Source: Thermostichus sp. DRC_bins_24
Lineage (GTDB): Bacteria; Cyanobacteriota; Cyanobacteriia; Thermostichales; Thermostichaceae
Direction of reading: 5' to 3'
Assembly: GCA_039794845.1 (NCBI GenBank)
Contig: JAUQVK010000081.1
Location: 1 to 45,214 of the forward strand
Length of the DNA stretch: 45,214 nucleotides
In this document: positions 20,316 to 29,898 of the stretch, piece after piece
Layout: each line of letters starts with the position of its first letter
How positions within the stretch are numbered: the stretch's first letter is position 1
The notes under the pieces: generated by a model
The model's input: the letters and a program-made list of their open reading frames with translations, nothing else
What the model was told of the DNA's origin: nothing
Databases searched by the model: none
Position numbers and translations under genes: made by a program

Positions 20316-21719
20316 TTACCTAGCAGTAATGCGCACCAAGCTAAGACTGCCATTTTTAGGGTTGGAGACCACCACCAAGTTACGCTCGGGAATGAACTCG
20401 ATCCCTTCTGGCTCGAGCTCGGCAGCTTTGTCTTGCCCAACAATACTGGGATTGAGAATCACAGTATCCAAAAGTTTAATATTGGCCGGATCGGTGATGT
20501 CGTGGATGGTCATGGCATCGGAGCGTTCGATGGCTACGAAAGCCAGGGTTTTTCCTTCCACCACACCCACACTTACCACTTCTGGCTCTGGGCCTTTGCT
20601 GTTGCAGCGCATCGGCAGTTGAGCAGCAATGATCGCTTCTTCAATGCTGTCGCCGCTATCCCCCAAGAAAGCTCCGGTTTGAGCATCGTAAACGCTGATG
20701 CTGCGGGTGCCGTGAGGACTGAGGAGCTTGCCCTCATGGGTTTGCTCGTTCACTGCGGTCAGGTTGTCTTCATCGGCGGTGACCAGGTGACGGCCATCAG
20801 GGGTGATGGCGATACCGTCGGGTTCACGGGCGGAAGTGAATTCTTTCCGATCCGCTAGGTTGTAGGCACTGGAGCGGCACTTACCTTCCCCGACTTTGTC
20901 TTCGGTGAGTCCCAAGCCCGTGCGGATCCCGGCATCGAAATTGGTCACGGTGAAGGCATCAGCCCGCAAAGGTGTGGGCAGTTCCGCAGGAACCTCAACG
21001 CGGGCAATGGCGTTGTTTTCCTGCAAAGTCGCAACAATGAAAGAGCTGTCGGGAGCAATGCGCACCGTCTCCGGCTGGGGATCATGGGGGAAAAACGGGA
21101 TCCCTTCCGGTGGGATGGGAACTTCCACCTGGCTCATCAGAGTCGGCCCATTGCGCAAGTCGATGATCGAGAGGGTGCCAGGGCGATTCTTCAAGTTGGT
21201 CAGATCTTCTTCGTTCTCCTCGTCTTCATTGGCAACCACAGCAAACTGGCCATTCGGGGCAATGGCCACAGAATCTGGGCCACGCCCCACCTGCACCTGG
21301 CCGATCACTTCTAGCTCTGGCAAAGAGAGGGCCAAGACTTTACCAGGTACTTCATCGAAGGTTTCTAGGTTGGCATCGTCATCATCTTTAACAGCAACCA
21401 AGACAAAAGCTCCATCCGGGCTAATGGAGAGGCCGGTAAACTCGGCTGCAGTGGAGTTTTCCGGGAGAAACGCTTCCTCCAACTCGTAAGTGCCCCGCAC
21501 AGAAAGGCTGTCATCGCCAATCTCGACCAGGGTGACGGTAGTATCCCCTGCAACGACGGTGAAGGTGCCATCTTTGGAGACCGCCAGCATTTCTGCCCCA
21601 CCCAGATCTGCGAGGGTATCGACCAACTCACCTCGAATGGCAGCACTTGTTTGAGCGGTAACCAGACTTCCCAGGCCCAAGCTCAACAACAGGGATCCCG
21701 CAATCGTTCGCTTCAGCAT
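20316..21719 (-). CDS. secreted beta-propeller protein, choice-of-anchor I / alkaline-phosphatase-associated domain, stand-alone
   Basis: Signal peptide, then GRGPDSV..VVANEDE, LQENNAIA, EPDGIA, GTRSISVYD, KGPEPE, AFVAIERS and EPEGIEFI motifs. AAGGAG RBS. Confidence 0.75.
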   Translation of the reverse strand: MLKRTIAGSLLLSLGLGSLVTAQTSAAIRGELVDTLADLGGAEMLAVSKDGTFTVVAGDTTVTLVEIGDDSLSVRGTYELEEAFLPENSTAAEFTGLSISPDGAFVLVAVKDDDDANLETFDEVPGKVLALSLPELEVIGQVQVGRGPDSVAIAPNGQFAVVANEDEENEEDLTNLKNRPGTLSIIDLRNGPTLMSQVEVPIPPEGIPFFPHDPQPETVRIAPDSSFIVATLQENNAIARVEVPAELPTPLRADAFTVTNFDAGIRTGLGLTEDKVGEGKCRSSAYNLADRKEFTSAREPDGIAITPDGRHLVTADEDNLTAVNEQTHEGKLLSPHGTRSISVYDAQTGAFLGDSGDSIEEAIIAAQLPMRCNSKGPEPEVVSVGVVEGKTLAFVAIERSDAMTIHDITDPANIKLLDTVILNPSIVGQDKAAELEPEGIEFIPERNLVVVSNPKNGSLSLVRITAR

Positions 21720-21780
21720 TGGCTAGAGACTCCTTATGGCAACAGCTTCCTTCGGTTGGCTTTGTTACTTTACGCCCATC

Positions 21781-21799
21781 ACATTAAGCCTCGGTTAAC
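21781..21799 (-). promoter_or_regulatory. Pho box (SphR/PhoB site)
   Basis: Minus strand reads GTTAACCG-agg-CTTAATGT: two CTTAACCT-like units at 11-bp period, followed by a TAAAGT -10-like hexamer, upstream of a pstS-containing unit. Confidence 0.55.
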
Positions 21800-22085
21800 C
21801 TCCCTCTGGGCTGGGATCGAATCCGCTGCTGCTCTAGATCTCCCACACGGCTGTCCTATCCTCCTGCTGTACGCTGCGGTCTTGGGTGAAAGTTGGGATC
21901 CAAACCGAACTCTTGGCGGCAATGTGAAAAATGGAGGATATACGAGTAAATCAAAGCAAAAGAGAGCTTAAGTGAGCATAAAAGAGTTGGAGGATCAAGT
22001 AAGTGGACGGGGATCCCTGAGCCAAATCCTTGTCCGGCAAGGCTTAGCAGGTTTTTGGCCTGGACGGCCTCTCTCAGGAAAAATC

Positions 22086-22115
22086 TTGACATATTCCAGA
22101 AAAAGACAATAGATT
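22086..22115 (+). promoter_or_regulatory. putative sigma70 promoter of speA
   Basis: TTGACA-N18-TAGATT about 55 bp upstream of ATG 22172. Confidence 0.45.
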
Positions 22116-22171
22116 GTAGGTTCTGTGCAGAAATCCTGCGCTGTTCACATCTCGGTATCTGGGGGACTACT

Positions 22172-24118
22172 ATGCCGACTTTGACTCGTTCTCCCTGGAC
22201 ACTGCGAGACAGCGAAAAGCTCTATCGCATCTCAGGTTGGGGGGATCCCTACTTTCGTATCAACGCCGCCGGTCATGTGGAGGTCACCCCGCAGGGCATG
22301 CAGCAACAGGAGTCAGGTATTGATCTGCACCAATTGGTGACCGACTTGGTGGCACGCGGCTTGCAGTTGCCTTTGTTGATCCGTTTCCCAGAGATTGTGG
22401 CGGATCGGATCGGGCGCATCTGCGGCAGTTTTCAGCAGGCAATCGAGCGTTTCGGTTACCCGAATGTTTATCGGGGGGTCTACCCCGTCAAGGTGAACCA
22501 GCAGCGCCACCTGGTCGAGGAAGTGGTGAATCATGGGCGGGCTTATCATTTCGGATTAGAAGCCGGATCCAAGCCGGAACTGTTGATCGCGCTGGCGCTT
22601 TTGGATACCCCAGAGGCTTTGCTGGTCTGCAATGGCTACAAAGACCGTGACTTTATGGAAACGGCCCTGTTGGCACAACGGTTGGGGCGCACCCCGATCA
22701 TCGTCTTGGAGCGACTGCAGGAGCTGGAGCTGGTGCTAGAGGCTGCTGACAAGTTGGGCATCGACCCGATTTTGGGGGTACGGGCTAAGCTCTCGGCGCA
22801 AGGGATCGGCCGTTGGGGCACCTCCGCCGGGGATCGGGCCAAGTTTGGCCTGACGGCGACGGATATTCTGCGGGTGGTGGAGCGCTTGCGGGGAGTGGGC
22901 AAGTTGCATTGCTTGCGGCTACTGCACTACCACATTGGCTCACAAATCTCGACGGTGAGCGTGCACGGACGGGCGGTGCGGGAGGCCAGCCAAATCTACA
23001 TCGAACTGGTCAAATTGGGCGCCCCGATGGGCTATCTGGATATTGGCGGTGGCTTGGGCATCGACTACGACGGCACCCAGTCCACCAATCATTCTTCCCA
23101 GAGCTACAGCCTGGAAGACTACGCCGCCACCGTGGTGCAGACGGTGTTGACCACTTTAGAACCCCACGGGATCCAGCCGCCGGTGTTGGTGACGGAAAGT
23201 GGACGGGCTTTGATGTCCCATCAGTCGGTGTTGGTGTTTGACGTGCAGGATATCAATGCTGCCAGCCCCTACCCCATGCCCACCGAGATCGCCTCCAGTC
23301 GCGCAAGCGGGACGGAATCCTCTGCCGAGGTGATTCAGAAGCTGAGCCAGCTCTACTACGAGATCCAGCCGGAAAGCCTGACGGCCGATTACCGCCGTTG
23401 CCAAGAACTTAAGGATGCTGCCCTGCGCCAGTTCACGGAGGGATCCCTGAGTTTGCAGGAGCGGGCCCAAGTGGAACGGCTGTTTTGGAATTGCTCCGAC
23501 AAGATCTGCACCCTCGCCTACGAACAACACCAAGCGGGCCATCCGGTTTCGGTCGATCTGCTGGATCTCGACGAGATGTTGGCCAGCATTTACTACGGCA
23601 ATTTCTCCTTGTTCCAGTCGTTACCGGATAGTTGGGCCATCGATCAGGTGTTCCCGATCATGCCGATCCATCGCCTTGATCAGGAGCCACGCCAGTGGGC
23701 CACCTTGGCGGATCTCACCTGTGACAGCGACGGCAAGATTAACCGCTTTTTTGGGGATGATGGACGGATCACCTCCGTCCTGCCTCTGCACGACCCGGAT
23801 GGGGATCCCTACCTGTTGGGGGTTTTTCTGGGGGGGGCCTACCAAGAGATCCTGGGGGATCTGCACAACCTGTTCGGCGATACCAACGCCGTCCATATTC
23901 GCTCCCGTCCGGGCGGATACCACGTCTCTCAGGTGATCAAGGGAGACACGATCAGCGAGGTGCTGAGCTGGGTGCAGTACAACAGCGAGGACCTGGCGGA
24001 AACCATCCACCATGCCACCGAAGCTGCCCTGCAGCGGGGGCAGATCACCCTGTCCGAGGCCCGCTCTTTACAACGGCACTTTGAAGACAACCTGCGGGCC
24101 TACACCTACTTGCACTGA
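22172..24118 (+). CDS. speA: biosynthetic arginine decarboxylase
   Basis: GVYPVKVNQ (PLP Lys), GLEAGSKPEL, HYHIGSQI, DLTCDSDG and AYQEILGDLHNLFGDT motifs. Confidence 0.95.
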   Translation: MPTLTRSPWTLRDSEKLYRISGWGDPYFRINAAGHVEVTPQGMQQQESGIDLHQLVTDLVARGLQLPLLIRFPEIVADRIGRICGSFQQAIERFGYPNVYRGVYPVKVNQQRHLVEEVVNHGRAYHFGLEAGSKPELLIALALLDTPEALLVCNGYKDRDFMETALLAQRLGRTPIIVLERLQELELVLEAADKLGIDPILGVRAKLSAQGIGRWGTSAGDRAKFGLTATDILRVVERLRGVGKLHCLRLLHYHIGSQISTVSVHGRAVREASQIYIELVKLGAPMGYLDIGGGLGIDYDGTQSTNHSSQSYSLEDYAATVVQTVLTTLEPHGIQPPVLVTESGRALMSHQSVLVFDVQDINAASPYPMPTEIASSRASGTESSAEVIQKLSQLYYEIQPESLTADYRRCQELKDAALRQFTEGSLSLQERAQVERLFWNCSDKICTLAYEQHQAGHPVSVDLLDLDEMLASIYYGNFSLFQSLPDSWAIDQVFPIMPIHRLDQEPRQWATLADLTCDSDGKINRFFGDDGRITSVLPLHDPDGDPYLLGVFLGGAYQEILGDLHNLFGDTNAVHIRSRPGGYHVSQVIKGDTISEVLSWVQYNSEDLAETIHHATEAALQRGQITLSEARSLQRHFEDNLRAYTYLH

Positions 24119-24280
24119 AGTGCAGGCTCCTCAGTCAAGCAAACCCCCAAGGACAAATCCATAAAAGCCAAAAGATCTCGACCACAAGCCGGGATCTTGA
24201 ACCATTTTCTCCCTGAGTTCTGCTCAAGTGCGCCGTCGCTAGAATACCTGAGTGATTCTTTGTCTGGCTGAGATTCCTTC

Positions 24281-25204
24281 ATGAGTTTGCCTGCAGAACA
24301 CCCCTGGCCTCTTCGCTACGCCTACTATCCCGGTTGTGTGGCCCAAGGGGCCTGCCGTGAGCTGTACGACTCCACCGACCAGATTGCACGGCATTTGGGC
24401 ATTGAGCTGGTGGAGCTAGAAGCGGCTTCTTGCTGTGGCTCCGGCACCTTCAAGGAGGAATCGGAACTGTTGGAAGACACGGTAAATGCCCGCAATCTGG
24501 CTTTGGCAGAGGCACTGGGATTACCCATGCTCACCCATTGCAGTACCTGTCAGGGGGTATTGGGCCGAGTGAACGAAAAGCTAAAAGCCGCCAAAACCAG
24601 CAACCCAGACTATTTCCATCGCATCGAAACCCTTTGCCAGAAAGGAGGCTGCGAGAGCCGCTATCAGGGCACAGGAGACGTGCGACATTTGCTCTGGATG
24701 TTGGTGCAAGACTACGGCCTAGAACGCCTGCAACAGCAGGTGAAACGCCCCCTAAAGGGGCTGCGCTGTGCTGCGTTTTATGGCTGTTATCTGCTGCGCA
24801 CACATGACATTTCCCGTTTTGATTTGGCCCACAATCCCTGCTCGATGGAGAATCTATTCGAGAGTTTGGGGGCTACCCCAGTTTGGTATCGTGGGCGCAC
24901 CCAGTGTTGTGGCTGGCCCATTTCCAGCTATGCCCCGGAGCAGTCTTTTACGATGGCTGGCCACCATTTGCTCGAGGCCCTAGAAGCAGGGGCGGATTGC
25001 TTGGTGACCCCCTGTCCCCTCTGCCACCTGAATTTGGATTCTCGCCAGCCGGAAGTGGAAGGGGTGATCGGGCGCAAACTGGGGATCCCGATCCTGCATT
25101 TGCCCCAGTTGGTGGGGTTGGCGCTGGGGATCCCTGCGGAAAAACTGGGGCTCAACCGTCATGTGGTGCAGGTGGAAACGGTTTTGCAAAAGGTGTACCG
25201 TTAG
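24281..25204 (+). CDS. hdrB: heterodisulfide reductase subunit B-like CCG-domain protein (probable succinate dehydrogenase membrane-anchor subunit in cyanobacteria)
   Basis: YYPGC, CCG, CSTC, FYGC, CCG and CPLC: two CCG domains. Confidence 0.85.
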   Translation: MSLPAEHPWPLRYAYYPGCVAQGACRELYDSTDQIARHLGIELVELEAASCCGSGTFKEESELLEDTVNARNLALAEALGLPMLTHCSTCQGVLGRVNEKLKAAKTSNPDYFHRIETLCQKGGCESRYQGTGDVRHLLWMLVQDYGLERLQQQVKRPLKGLRCAAFYGCYLLRTHDISRFDLAHNPCSMENLFESLGATPVWYRGRTQCCGWPISSYAPEQSFTMAGHHLLEALEAGADCLVTPCPLCHLNLDSRQPEVEGVIGRKLGIPILHLPQLVGLALGIPAEKLGLNRHVVQVETVLQKVYR

Positions 25205-25399
25205 GCCATTGCAGCGCCGAAAAACAAGCCAGGCTGGCAACTGAAAAGACAGGTTCACTCCTAAGGGGATCCCTGGGCAGACTTGAGACAGGGCCTGTTC
25301 TAGCTAGGGATGTGTTATCCTTCCGGGCAAAGCGCCCTCCGAAGAATTATCGTAATATTGTATACATCATATACATCTACTCCTACCTGACAGCTCTCT

Positions 25400-26998
25400 A
25401 TGGTAGTCTCGGATCCCTTTAGTCTTGCTGTGCAAGAGATGCAGCAGGGCGGGCAAGCAGACCGAGTGAAAAAGCTGGTTTACTTCACCTGTACCAGCAC
25501 TTGGGAAAGCGATGTTAATAAGCTGCGCCAGGTGGACTTAAAGAGCCTGTTGGAGCAACTTTGCCGCGAGCACACGACCCTGGAATCTCTGGGCCAACGC
25601 TTCCGAGACGCCATCAGCCACATCAACAAAAAGGCCGAATATGCCCGCATTGCCAAGATGGTGCTGAGCAAGCTGCAGCCTCTGTATCGAAACTCCCAGC
25701 CCGATCTGGCCAACCCATCTGCTCTCCCCCCTGAGGAGGCGCCAGTTTGGGTCGCTCCCCAGCCCGCCCTGCCCTTAGGGTACGGGGGCATGCAACTGCA
25801 AAAGCAAGACTACGACCCCTTCGAGCTGCGGGCAGCGGTGATGCGCCAAACCAGTCCCTTGCGTGCCAAGTTGGTCGTCTTTACGGCCCTGCACCACAAG
25901 TTAGAAGCCAGTTTGCAGGGGTTGGCGGCTTTGCGGCGCTACAGCTTCGACGATCTGCTCAAGGAGCTTTACGATGCCTGTCACTCGCCCGAGGAACTGG
26001 AAACGCGGCTGAAACAGGCAGTACAGCAATTGGCGGAACCGGAACAGAATGGCCAGGCAGCCAACGCCGTGCTGCAGATGATGAAACCCCTCTACGTTTA
26101 CTTGCCCCGAGAAACAGTTGACCATGGCGGGCTTACCGCTGAAGCTTCCCCCGCAGATCTCGACTGGCTCAATGCCGAAGCCTCCGGTACCAGTCACATC
26201 ACCCTGGCTGAGCCTTGGATTCTGGAGTATGGGGACGCCGAAGGAGCAGTGGACGAGGCAGAGGCCCTTGACCCGAATGCCCCTTACCTCAGCCCAGCGG
26301 CTTGGCCGGCAGAGGCTTTTGCTCCCCCGGCACCAACCCCAGCACTCCCCAGCCGCCCTCGGTTTGTTACACCGCCCCCTGTGCGCCTGCAGGATCTGCC
26401 TGAGCGTTCCCGCCAACTGTTGGATCGCAGTGCCAGTTCCCTTATGGCCACCATCGAGAACACCCTGAGCGAATTGGGCAATGCCCTAGACGAACGGCTG
26501 CAAGATGAGGATCCGGCCCAGTACCTAACGCTGAAACACCAGGTTTTGCGCGGCCTCTTGAAAGATATTGAGGGATCCGCCGTCACTTTTATGGGGATCC
26601 TGAAAAAGCTGGAGCAATCGGAACGGCGCTTGGTACAGCCGGATTTGCCCGAGGTGGTGACCGAGGTGCCCAGCAATTTCGAGGATCCCTACTCATCGTT
26701 GCGGCAGGTTTTGGCCACCAGCGCGCTGACCCAGCAGAAGCCGCAGTTGGAGCAGGAGGTGATGCGTTTGGTGCGGCGCAACATCGGCTCCATCAAAGTC
26801 AGCATCGAAAATGCCCTGAGCGAGTTGGGCACTGCCTTGGACGACCAGTTCCAAACCCACAGCCTGGAAGAAGCCCTGTTTTTTAAGTACCAGGCGTTGC
26901 GCACCTTTTTGCATGAGGTGGAGGAGCTCTCCTCCAAATTTGCTGCCCTGCTGGATCGCATGGAAGAGGCGGAGCGCCGTCTGTTTGGCCTAACTTGA
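25400..26998 (+). CDS. hypothetical helical protein with internal domain duplications
   Basis: 532-aa ORF with host-like codon usage, two ~70-aa C-terminal repeats (IEN.LSELG.ALD...ERRL) and a Pro-rich linker. Confidence 0.8.
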   Translation: MVVSDPFSLAVQEMQQGGQADRVKKLVYFTCTSTWESDVNKLRQVDLKSLLEQLCREHTTLESLGQRFRDAISHINKKAEYARIAKMVLSKLQPLYRNSQPDLANPSALPPEEAPVWVAPQPALPLGYGGMQLQKQDYDPFELRAAVMRQTSPLRAKLVVFTALHHKLEASLQGLAALRRYSFDDLLKELYDACHSPEELETRLKQAVQQLAEPEQNGQAANAVLQMMKPLYVYLPRETVDHGGLTAEASPADLDWLNAEASGTSHITLAEPWILEYGDAEGAVDEAEALDPNAPYLSPAAWPAEAFAPPAPTPALPSRPRFVTPPPVRLQDLPERSRQLLDRSASSLMATIENTLSELGNALDERLQDEDPAQYLTLKHQVLRGLLKDIEGSAVTFMGILKKLEQSERRLVQPDLPEVVTEVPSNFEDPYSSLRQVLATSALTQQKPQLEQEVMRLVRRNIGSIKVSIENALSELGTALDDQFQTHSLEEALFFKYQALRTFLHEVEELSSKFAALLDRMEEAERRLFGLT

Positions 26999-27057
26999 GG
27001 GCTAAACCCGCCATTGGGGCACACAAGAACCAGCCCAATCCGTACTTTGGCGGATCC

Positions 27058-27105
27058 GAGTTCAATGAGTTCAATAAGAAACAAGATGCAATAAGAAACA
27101 AGATG
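27058..27105. repeat. compound tandem duplications (GAGTTCAAT x2; CAATAAGAAACAAGATG x2)
   Basis: Exact 9-bp and 17-bp tandem copies seen in the sequence. Confidence 0.85.
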
Positions 27106-27157
27106 ATATTCATTGGGCCTGCTGGCGGTAATCTAAGGGAGCAAGCCAGGTAGTTTT

Positions 27158-28144
27158 ATGGATGCCAAAGATCTGCTCCGTCTGTATCGGGCAGGGCGCA
27201 CCAGCTTCGCGGGGGAAAACCTTGCCGCACTCGACCTGAACCGAGCGGATCTGATTGGGGTGGATCTCTCCCAAGCCGACCTGCACAATGCCAACCTGAT
27301 CTTTGCCTACCTGGGGCGAGTGAAGCTGCAAAAGGCCAACCTCGTTGGGGCCAAGTTAAGCGGGGCTAACCTCAGCCAGGCGGATTTGAGCGAGGCGGAT
27401 CTCAGTGATGCACAACTGCACGGCACCACCTTGCAGGGGGCGGATTTGCATGGAGCCAACCTAACCCTGGCCATGTTGATCGATGCCAACCTTCTGGATG
27501 CGGATCTGCGCTGGGTCAACCTCACCAGTGCGAATCTGTTGGGGGCTTGTCTACGGGGGGCCAATTTCCGTTTCGATAGCCGCCGGGGGGCGGTGTTGCG
27601 CAGTGCCAACCTCAGCCGCGCCGATCTGAGCGGCGCCAATTTGTCCGGGGTGGATTTAACCCGTGCCGATCTAAGTGGGGCCAACCTGAAGGAGGCCAGC
27701 TTGATCGGGGCCAACTTGCAGGGGGCCAATTTGCAACGGGCCTGTTTGCGCGGGGCCATCTTGAGCGAGACCGACCTAAGGGGGGTCTCCTTTTTGGGGG
27801 CAGATATGCAGGGGGTGCAGATGGCGCGGGTGAACTTAAAAGAGGGGATGCTCAGCCAGGTCAATTTAACGGAAGCCAACCTGAGCGAGTCGGATTTGGG
27901 GGGGGCCGATCTTTCCGCCAGTTGCCTGTATGCGGCCAAGTTGGACCGAGCGGATCTGAGCCGAGCCAACCTTGCCGGGTCAGATTTGCGATACGCCAGC
28001 CTTGTGGATGCCTATTTGGGCCGCACCAATCTCGAAAACGCCGATCTCAGCCATGCGATGCTAACCCGAGCCGATCTGAGCACCGCCAATTTGATCGGGG
28101 CCAACTTGCAAGGGGCAACCATGCCGGATGGACGGGTGAATTAA
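27158..28144 (+). CDS. pentapeptide repeat protein
   Basis: Continuous A(D/N)LxxA repeats, N-terminal LLRLYRAGRTSF and C-terminal GATMPDG cap. Confidence 0.95.
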   Translation: MDAKDLLRLYRAGRTSFAGENLAALDLNRADLIGVDLSQADLHNANLIFAYLGRVKLQKANLVGAKLSGANLSQADLSEADLSDAQLHGTTLQGADLHGANLTLAMLIDANLLDADLRWVNLTSANLLGACLRGANFRFDSRRGAVLRSANLSRADLSGANLSGVDLTRADLSGANLKEASLIGANLQGANLQRACLRGAILSETDLRGVSFLGADMQGVQMARVNLKEGMLSQVNLTEANLSESDLGGADLSASCLYAAKLDRADLSRANLAGSDLRYASLVDAYLGRTNLENADLSHAMLTRADLSTANLIGANLQGATMPDGRVN

Positions 28145-28239
28145 GGCGGGGATCCCCCCTGCGGGAGGTGAGGTTTCCCCCTGCTGTGAAGCGGCAACAA
28201 CCGCTACTCTACAGGGGAAGGAGAGGATCAGAGGGATCC

Positions 28240-29796
28240 GTGAACAGCCATCGCTTTCTATCTCTGATGGAGTCCCTGTGGGCTGGTCTGCCCTTACCGG
28301 AGTGGTTGCCTGCTGCCGGGGAAAAGTCCTGGCAGCAGACGGTGGCTGCCCTAGTGCGACTGTGGCAGGAGGTGGGCCAGTTCGGGGTGGTGCTGAGTGG
28401 GCCGGTATCGTGGTTACCCCCCTCGGTGGTTCGGGTTTGCCAAAATTCGGCAAGCGAGGCTCCCCTGCCGCAACTGCCGGTAAGCATTGATACATCGGAA
28501 ACAGCCCGAAAACCGCGGGAGCCGGCACGGGAGGCTCCTTGGCTGTTCACTCCTGATCTTTCGCCCGAATCGATCCTTACCCCCGGCCAGACGGTGATTC
28601 CTCTGCTACCTCGGGATCCACTGGCAGAGGAACCCTTTCTGTTGGTGCTTACTCCGGTTTTTTCGGCGGTGGCCGCCCAGGGGCATCACCCCCATACTCA
28701 GCAAGTGGGCATGATGATTTCTTTTGATCCGGAGGTGGTGCAGCGGGCCTGGCAGAGTTTGGAGCAACGGGTTCAGCAGGGTAGGCCGGATCGGTTACCC
28801 CTGTGGCAGAGTTTGGCCAAGCACTATCCGCTGATGGATCCCCATGTACGGGTTTTGGCGCGGTTTAGCAGTTTGTTGCTTTTGGGGCATTTGGCCGACT
28901 TAGGATCCCAGCCCGCCCGCCTACCCCCCGCCACAACCGAGGTGGAAGCCTCTCCAGAGCCCCGAGCATCGGCAGAAAAGGTGGAGCAACTGGAGCAACG
29001 GATCCCGGCAACCTCCTCTTCTCCTCAATCGGCCCCACCGAGCTCGTCCACCCATGACGTCTCTTCAGGTCAACAGAATGGTCTGTCTGAGGCGGAGCTG
29101 CTGCGGGCTCTGATTCACGAGGTGCAAACGCCCCTCAGCACCATTCGCACCCTGGCCAGCTTGATCCTGAAACGGACCGATCTACCGCCACGGGTACGGG
29201 AGTACGCCGAGAAGATCGACCGCGAATGTACCGAGCAAATTAACCGCTTCAGTCTGTTTTTCCAGGCCACAGAGACGGTGATGCCCGCCCCTGAAGCCCG
29301 GGAAGGACGTCGGCTGCAGCTGGAGCCAATTGCCCTAGTAGACTTGGTACGGCAAAACTTACCCCGTTGGCAGGAGCAGGTGGAACGGCGCGGATCCCGG
29401 TTGGATCTGGATATTCCTGACGAGTTGCCGGATGTGGTTAGCGATCCCAAGGCCCTAGAGGCGGTGTTGTTTGGCATGATCGATCGCATAGCCCGCAGCA
29501 CTCCCCCTGGCAGCCACATTCGCGCCCAGTTGGTTAGCGCCGGGGATCTGGTGAAGCTGCAGGTACAAGTGGATACCACCAAGGGAGGAATCTCCTCTCC
29601 TGCCACGGAGGCCAAACCCCCCCAAGCGATTGGTCAGCTGTTGGTGTTGCAGCCGGATACGGGGGCTGTCAGCCTCAGCATTCCCGTCACCCAAACTCTG
29701 TTTCGGGCCTTGGGGGGCTATTTGACCGTGCGCCACCGCGCCCATCAGGGGGAGGTGCTGAACATCTACCTGCCCCGTCAGTCCCGTCAGTTGTGA
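28240..29796 (+). CDS. hik34: Hik34-like atypical histidine kinase (HisKA intact, HATPase degenerate)
   Basis: H-box HEVQTPLSTIRTL is present but the N, G1 and G2 boxes are missing. C-terminal LLVLQPDTGAVSLSIPVTQTLFRALGG matches the Hik34 family from recall. The start is uncertain (GTG 28240 or ATG 28267). Confidence 0.75.
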   Translation: MNSHRFLSLMESLWAGLPLPEWLPAAGEKSWQQTVAALVRLWQEVGQFGVVLSGPVSWLPPSVVRVCQNSASEAPLPQLPVSIDTSETARKPREPAREAPWLFTPDLSPESILTPGQTVIPLLPRDPLAEEPFLLVLTPVFSAVAAQGHHPHTQQVGMMISFDPEVVQRAWQSLEQRVQQGRPDRLPLWQSLAKHYPLMDPHVRVLARFSSLLLLGHLADLGSQPARLPPATTEVEASPEPRASAEKVEQLEQRIPATSSSPQSAPPSSSTHDVSSGQQNGLSEAELLRALIHEVQTPLSTIRTLASLILKRTDLPPRVREYAEKIDRECTEQINRFSLFFQATETVMPAPEAREGRRLQLEPIALVDLVRQNLPRWQEQVERRGSRLDLDIPDELPDVVSDPKALEAVLFGMIDRIARSTPPGSHIRAQLVSAGDLVKLQVQVDTTKGGISSPATEAKPPQAIGQLLVLQPDTGAVSLSIPVTQTLFRALGGYLTVRHRAHQGEVLNIYLPRQSRQL

Positions 29797-29898
29797 ACTT
29801 GCTTGCAACAGCCGAGACAAAAGTGGCGGATCGGAGGGGGGATGTGGCTAGGATCGATCTGCCAGATCGCTGGCCAGAGGAATCCAGAGATTTTGTCC

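Noticed and set aside
27922..28239. N-terminal 106 codons of the 624-aa ORF
   Set aside because: They overlap the pentapeptide gene in another frame. The real kinase start is downstream.
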